Translations under genes and position numbers: made by a program
Part shown: positions 9,708 to 13,273 of the stretch, piece by piece
Numbering within the stretch: the stretch's first letter is position 1
Layout of the letters: each line of letters begins with the position of its first letter
Assembly (NCBI GenBank): GCA_039683575.1
Contig: JBDKRC010000153.1
Span: 1-13,273 of the forward strand
Reading direction: 5' to 3'
DNA from: Armatimonadia bacterium
GTDB taxonomy: Bacteria > Armatimonadota > Zipacnadia > Zipacnadales > UBA11051
Length of the DNA stretch: 13,273 nt
Notes under the pieces: model-generated
Told to the model about the DNA's origin: nothing
Database searches by the model: none
Seen by the model: the letters and a program-made list of their open reading frames with translations, nothing else

Positions 9708-10774
9708 AGGCCGAGCAGCTTCACCACATGGTCGGTGTCGGCCGGGACTTGTTCGGGTTTGGCGGCGATCTTGATGGCGCTGTCAGGGTCCTTCAGGCCG
9801 TGGCCCGTGACCGTGAGCACCAGCGTCGCCGGGTCGCTGCCGAAGTAGCCTTCGGCGATGAGCTTCTTCCAGCCTGCCACTGAGGCGGCGGAGGCCGGCT
9901 CGACGAAGATGCCCTCCTGGGAGGCCAGTTCGCTATAGGCCTGCAGGATCTCTTCGTCCGTAACGGCCCGCAGCGTGCCGCCGCTTTCGGTGACGGCGTT
10001 CATGGCGTCATCCCAGCGGGCGGGATTGCCGATGCGGATGGCCGTCGCAATGGTCTCCGGATTCTTAACCGGCGCGCCCTGCACCAGCGGTGCGGCGCCT
10101 GCGGCCTGGAACCCCAGCATCTTCGGCAGGCGGTCGATGAGGCCGACATCGCGGTACTGCTTGTAGCCCCACCAATGGGCGGTGATGTTGCCGGCGTTGC
10201 CTACCGGCAGGAGATGATAGTCAGGCGGCGCGCCGAGGACGTCGCAGACCTCGAAGGCGATGGTCTTCTGCCCCTCCATGCGCATCGGGTTGAGCGAATT
10301 CAGCAGCTCAATCGGGTAGTTGTCGGTGACTTCGCGGACGATCTTGAGGCAGTCGTCGAAGTTGCCATCGACCTGCAGCGTCCGCGCGCCATAGGCGAGG
10401 GCCTGGGCGAGCTTGCCCAGGGCGATCTTGCCCTGCGGAATGAGGACAACCGACGTCATCCCCGCGCGAGCCGAGTATGCCGCGGCCGAGGCGGAGGTGT
10501 TGCCCGTCGAGGCGCAGAGAGTGGCCTTCACGCCGCGCTCGGCGGCCTTGGAGATGGCCATGGTCATCCCGCGGTCCTTGAAGGAGCCGGTGGGATTGAG
10601 GCCCTCGTATTTGAAAAACACGCGCAGGCTCGGCGACCACTGGCGCGCGAGGTGCTTGCTCTCGATAAGCGGCGTGTTGCCCTCCTGCAGCGTCACGCGC
10701 GGCGTGGCCTCGCTGACTGGCAGGTACTTCTCGTAGGCCCCAATCAGGCCGGGCCAGCCCTGGCAGATTGGCAT
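9704..10774 (-). CDS. thrC: Threonine synthase
   Basis: PLP-lysine motif [47 protein letters not shown] is 1 nt after the hom stop, with GGAGG in the hom tail. Confidence 0.97.
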   Translation of the reverse strand: MPICQGWPGLIGAYEKYLPVSEATPRVTLQEGNTPLIESKHLARQWSPSLRVFFKYEGLNPTGSFKDRGMTMAISKAAERGVKATLCASTGNTSASAAAYSARAGMTSVVLIPQGKIALGKLAQALAYGARTLQVDGNFDDCLKIVREVTDNYPIELLNSLNPMRMEGQKTIAFEVCDVLGAPPDYHLLPVGNAGNITAHWWGYKQYRDVGLIDRLPKMLGFQAAGAAPLVQGAPVKNPETIATAIRIGNPARWDDAMNAVTESGGTLRAVTDEEILQAYSELASQEGIFVEPASAASVAGWKKLIAEGYFGSDPATLVLTVTGHGLKDPDSAIKIAAKPEQVPADTDHVVKLLGL

Positions 10775-10775
10775 G

Positions 10776-12065
10776 TTAGTCCTCCACCCGCAGTTGGCTC
10801 GCAATGTCGTCCACAATGGCGAGGTTGCCGATGGCGCCGAGAGCCGACCGCAGCAGCTTCTCCTTGTTGCGGTGCGTCACCCAGACGATCTCCGCGGCAT
10901 CGCCGTCGGTGGCTTCCTGGTGTACGGAAGAGAGGCTTACGCCCTCAGTGCCGAGGATGGTGGCGATGGAGCCGAGCACACCCGGGCGGTCCTTGACCTT
11001 CATGCGAATGTAAGCCTTGGTCTCGACCTCGTCCATCGGCAGGACTTCGGCGGGCGCGCCACAGGTGCACAGGACGCGGCCGGAGGCGCCACGGAGCTTG
11101 TTGCGGGCGCAGTCAAGCACGTCACCGGCGACGGCCACGCCAGTGGGGTTGGCGCCGGCGCCGCGGCCATAGAGCATGATTTCATCGCAGCCCACTCCAC
11201 GGATGAAGATGGCGTTGAAGGAGCCGTTGACATTGGCCAGCGGGTGGGACTTGCGCAGCAGGGCCGGATGGACGCGGGCCTCGATCTGGTTGCCCTCGCC
11301 GCGGCGCGCGATGGCCAGCAGCTTGATCACATAGCCCATGCTCCGCGCGTACGCGATGTCCTGGGCCGTGATCTTGGTGATGCCCTCGCTGTAGATGTCA
11401 TCCAGCGAAACCTGCATCCCAAAGGCGATGGCCGACAGGATGGAAATCTTGTACTTGGAGTCGATCCCCTCGACATCGTTGGTCGGGTCGGCCTCGGCAT
11501 AGCCGAGGTCCTGGGCGGCCTTGAGAGCCGTTGCGAAGTCGAGGCATTCCTCGGTCATGCGCGTCAGGATGTAGTTCGTGGTGCCGTTGACGATACCGAT
11601 GACTTCATAGATGCGGTCGGCCTCAAGGGACTCCTTGAGGGTCCGGATGACCGGGATGACGCCGCCCACTGCCCCCTCAAACTCCACATCCACGCCCTTC
11701 TGATCCGCGAGAGCGAGAATCTCGTGCCCGTGCTTGGCAATGAGTTCCTTATTGGAGGTAACGACACTCTTGCCATTCTCGATCGCGGCGAGGATGAAGT
11801 CGCGAGCGGGCTTGATGCCGCCGATAGTCTCGACGATCACATGGATGTTCGGGTCGCGGATCATCTCCATCGCGTCGGTGGTCTGCAGTTCCTTCGGGAT
11901 GGACATCTCCCGGGGGCGCGACCAGTCCACGTCCGCGACGCGGGCGACGACCACGGGCGCACCGGCGCGGCGAGTGATATCCTCGGCATTCTCGGTTAGG
12001 GCGCGGTAAGTACCGCCGCCGACGATACCGAAGCCGATGATGCCGACGTTGATGGGTTCGGGCAT
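10776..12065 (-). CDS. hom: Homoserine dehydrogenase with C-terminal ACT domain
   Basis: GFGIVG Rossmann motif, [40 protein letters not shown], and ACT motif DRPGVLG. GGAGG RBS before ATG 12065. Confidence 0.96.
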   Translation of the reverse strand: MPEPINVGIIGFGIVGGGTYRALTENAEDITRRAGAPVVVARVADVDWSRPREMSIPKELQTTDAMEMIRDPNIHVIVETIGGIKPARDFILAAIENGKSVVTSNKELIAKHGHEILALADQKGVDVEFEGAVGGVIPVIRTLKESLEADRIYEVIGIVNGTTNYILTRMTEECLDFATALKAAQDLGYAEADPTNDVEGIDSKYKISILSAIAFGMQVSLDDIYSEGITKITAQDIAYARSMGYVIKLLAIARRGEGNQIEARVHPALLRKSHPLANVNGSFNAIFIRGVGCDEIMLYGRGAGANPTGVAVAGDVLDCARNKLRGASGRVLCTCGAPAEVLPMDEVETKAYIRMKVKDRPGVLGSIATILGTEGVSLSSVHQEATDGDAAEIVWVTHRNKEKLLRSALGAIGNLAIVDDIASQLRVED

Positions 12066-12118
12066 AGTGGATTCCTCCATGGAAGCGTCTCTTCGTCGTG
12101 CGGAAAAGCGGAGACACG

Positions 12119-12192
12119 AAAAAGCCGCCTGCCGGGTAAGGGTCGGAGCCTGGTCAGACCAGGGCGGACACGCTGACCGGCTGCGGCGGCTT
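12119..12192 (-). terminator. Terminator-like extended stem-loop between accB and hom
   Basis: AAGCCGCC...GGCGGCTT closing stem running into a T5 tract on the minus strand, enclosing GCCGG/CCGGC and CCTGGT/ACCAGG helices. Confidence 0.45.
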
Positions 12193-12194
12193 GT

Positions 12195-12638
12195 CTACTG
12201 GGTAGTGCGTTCGATGAGCACGAGCGGCTGGTCGGCTTCTACGGCCTGCTCATTCTCGACTAGGAACTTGATGATCCGGCCATTCACGTGGCTCGTGACC
12301 TCATTGTACAGCTTCATCGCCTCAATGAGCCCGACGGTGTCGCCGATACGGACTTCGTCGCCGATCTCGGCGTACGGCGGGGTCTCGGGCGATGAGGCAC
12401 GGTAGAAGATGCCGCCCATCGGCGCCAGCAGCTTCTCCCCCACCTCCACCTCGGCGACCGGAGCGGGCCGGCACACCGCTGGTGCGGCCACGGGGACACC
12501 TGCCACGACGGTCGTGGGGGCAGAGGCCGCACGGACGAGCAGACTATCCTCGCCGTCGGTTACCTCGATCTCAGCGAGGCCTTCGGCCTCAAGCAGCTCC
12601 AGCAGCCATTTCAGGTCGTCGTTCTTGGTCGGTTCCAT
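12195..12638 (-). CDS. accB: Biotin carboxyl carrier protein
   Basis: N-terminal helix plus Ala/Pro/Val linker, APMGGIFYRASSP, and biotinylation motif EAMKL. Confidence 0.9.
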   Translation of the reverse strand: MEPTKNDDLKWLLELLEAEGLAEIEVTDGEDSLLVRAASAPTTVVAGVPVAAPAVCRPAPVAEVEVGEKLLAPMGGIFYRASSPETPPYAEIGDEVRIGDTVGLIEAMKLYNEVTSHVNGRIIKFLVENEQAVEADQPLVLIERTTQ

Positions 12639-12766
12639 GCGCTATCCTGGGTCAATAAAGGCCGATACGGATGGCGGGAGCGGACAAGCCGCCCGCCTTA
12701 CGCGGAGGCCACACGCCCGACCCGCCCTCCATGTGATGGCGGCAGTTCTACGCCCCTATATGCCAC

Positions 12767-12790
12767 AAACGACGGGTGAATACCCGTCGT
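12767..12790 (-). terminator. Hairpin terminator downstream of tRNA
   Basis: ACGACGGGT-ATTC-ACCCGTCGT followed by TTGT on the minus strand, 24 nt after the tRNA CCA. The U-tract is short. Confidence 0.6.
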
Positions 12791-12814
12791 CGGTGGTTGT
12801 AGGACTGCGAAACT

Positions 12815-12890
12815 TGGTAGCGGGGAGTGGATTTGAACCACCGACAACGCGGGTATGAACCGCGTGCTCTGACCACTGAGCTACCCCGCC
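12815..12890 (-). tRNA. tRNA-Met(CAT), elongator type
   Basis: 76-nt cloverleaf GGCGGGG-TAGCTCAGTGGTCAGAGC-A-CGCGG-TTCATAC-CCGCG-TTGTC-GGTGG-TTCAAAT-CCACT-CCCCGCT-A-CCA with encoded CCA. Confidence 0.95.
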
Positions 12891-12895
12891 AGAGC

Positions 12896-13075
12896 CTAGT
12901 CTTTGTTCTGCTGCATTCGCCGCTTCTTCTTCTTCTTCTTCTTCGCGAGCTTCTCGGCGAGTTCGCGCGCTTTATTCTCCGCTTCGCGGCGAATGTTGCG
13001 CTTGATCATGTCGTCAAGCTCGGTTAGCGTTTCGCGGTCGAAGCGCTTGAGCCGTTCCAAATCAATCTTCGTCAT
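12896..13075 (-). CDS. Small highly charged, Lys-rich hypothetical protein (59 aa)
   Basis: MTKIDLERLKRFD...LAKKKKKKKRRMQQNKD. GGAGG at 13091-13087 and a consensus promoter lie directly upstream. Confidence 0.7.
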   Translation of the reverse strand: MTKIDLERLKRFDRETLTELDDMIKRNIRREAENKARELAEKLAKKKKKKKRRMQQNKD

Positions 13076-13101
13076 GACTTCCGTACCCTCCAGAGGCATA
13101 G

Positions 13102-13130
13102 AGTATAACAAGTGCAAACAGACTCGTCAA
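13102..13130 (-). promoter_or_regulatory. Sigma70-type promoter with extended -10
   Basis: TTGACG (13130-13125), a 17-nt spacer ending TGT, then TATACT (13107-13102). Confidence 0.85.
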
Positions 13131-13197
13131 TACCTGCACGAACGGCTGGCTCTTCCTCAATTAGTGTGGGCGACATGATCTCATCATGGTAGAAAGG

Positions 13198-13263
13198 AGA
13201 AACATCCGCCGATCCCCTATCTTGGTGTGTCCAGCATCAAGGGAGGGATCAGCGGATGCCCCT
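13198..13263. other. Long imperfect hairpin covering an RBS and ATG (+); terminator-like on (-)
   Basis: CATCCGC-C-GATCCC..CTTGGTG / CATCAAG..GGGATC-A-GCGGATG. GGAGG at 13242-13246 and ATG at 13256 lie in the 3' arm. Confidence 0.6.
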
Positions 13264-13273
13264 ACAGAGTATC

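Noticed and set aside
10773..11999. 408-aa + strand ORF
   Set aside because: Antisense shadow of hom; long stop-free opposite frames are expected at this GC content and no motifs were recognised.
12185..12693. 11-bp inverted repeat GGCGGCTTGTC / GACAAGCCGCC flanking accB
   Set aside because: Short and GC-rich, each copy is explained by a local hairpin, and there is no target duplication or recombinase.
12740..12815. tRNA 3' end as an integration site
   Set aside because: No integrase or duplicated tRNA 3' fragment was seen, and core genes follow directly.

Overview
High-GC bacterial chromosomal region, mostly housekeeping. The + strand carries a 1333-aa DUF6079/BrxC(PglY)-like P-loop ATPase with no BREX partner genes downstream, then a TIM-barrel sugar-phosphate isomerase/epimerase. 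These converge at a bidirectional terminator with a long minus-strand run. In transcription order that run is: strong sigma70 promoter, 59-aa Lys-rich small ORF, tRNA-Met(CAT), accB, hom, thrC, purC, tilS, ftsH. Many intergenic gaps hold short palindromic REP-like elements of different types. The most unusual items are the apparently stand-alone DUF6079 ATPase with a DD Walker B, the small poly-Lys ORF ending 5 nt before the tRNA, a 3x21-bp polyproline repeat at the tilS 5' end, a REPIN-like inverted pair between thrC and purC, and an RBS-sequestering hairpin at the right edge. Family assignments come from motif recognition only; no searches were run.
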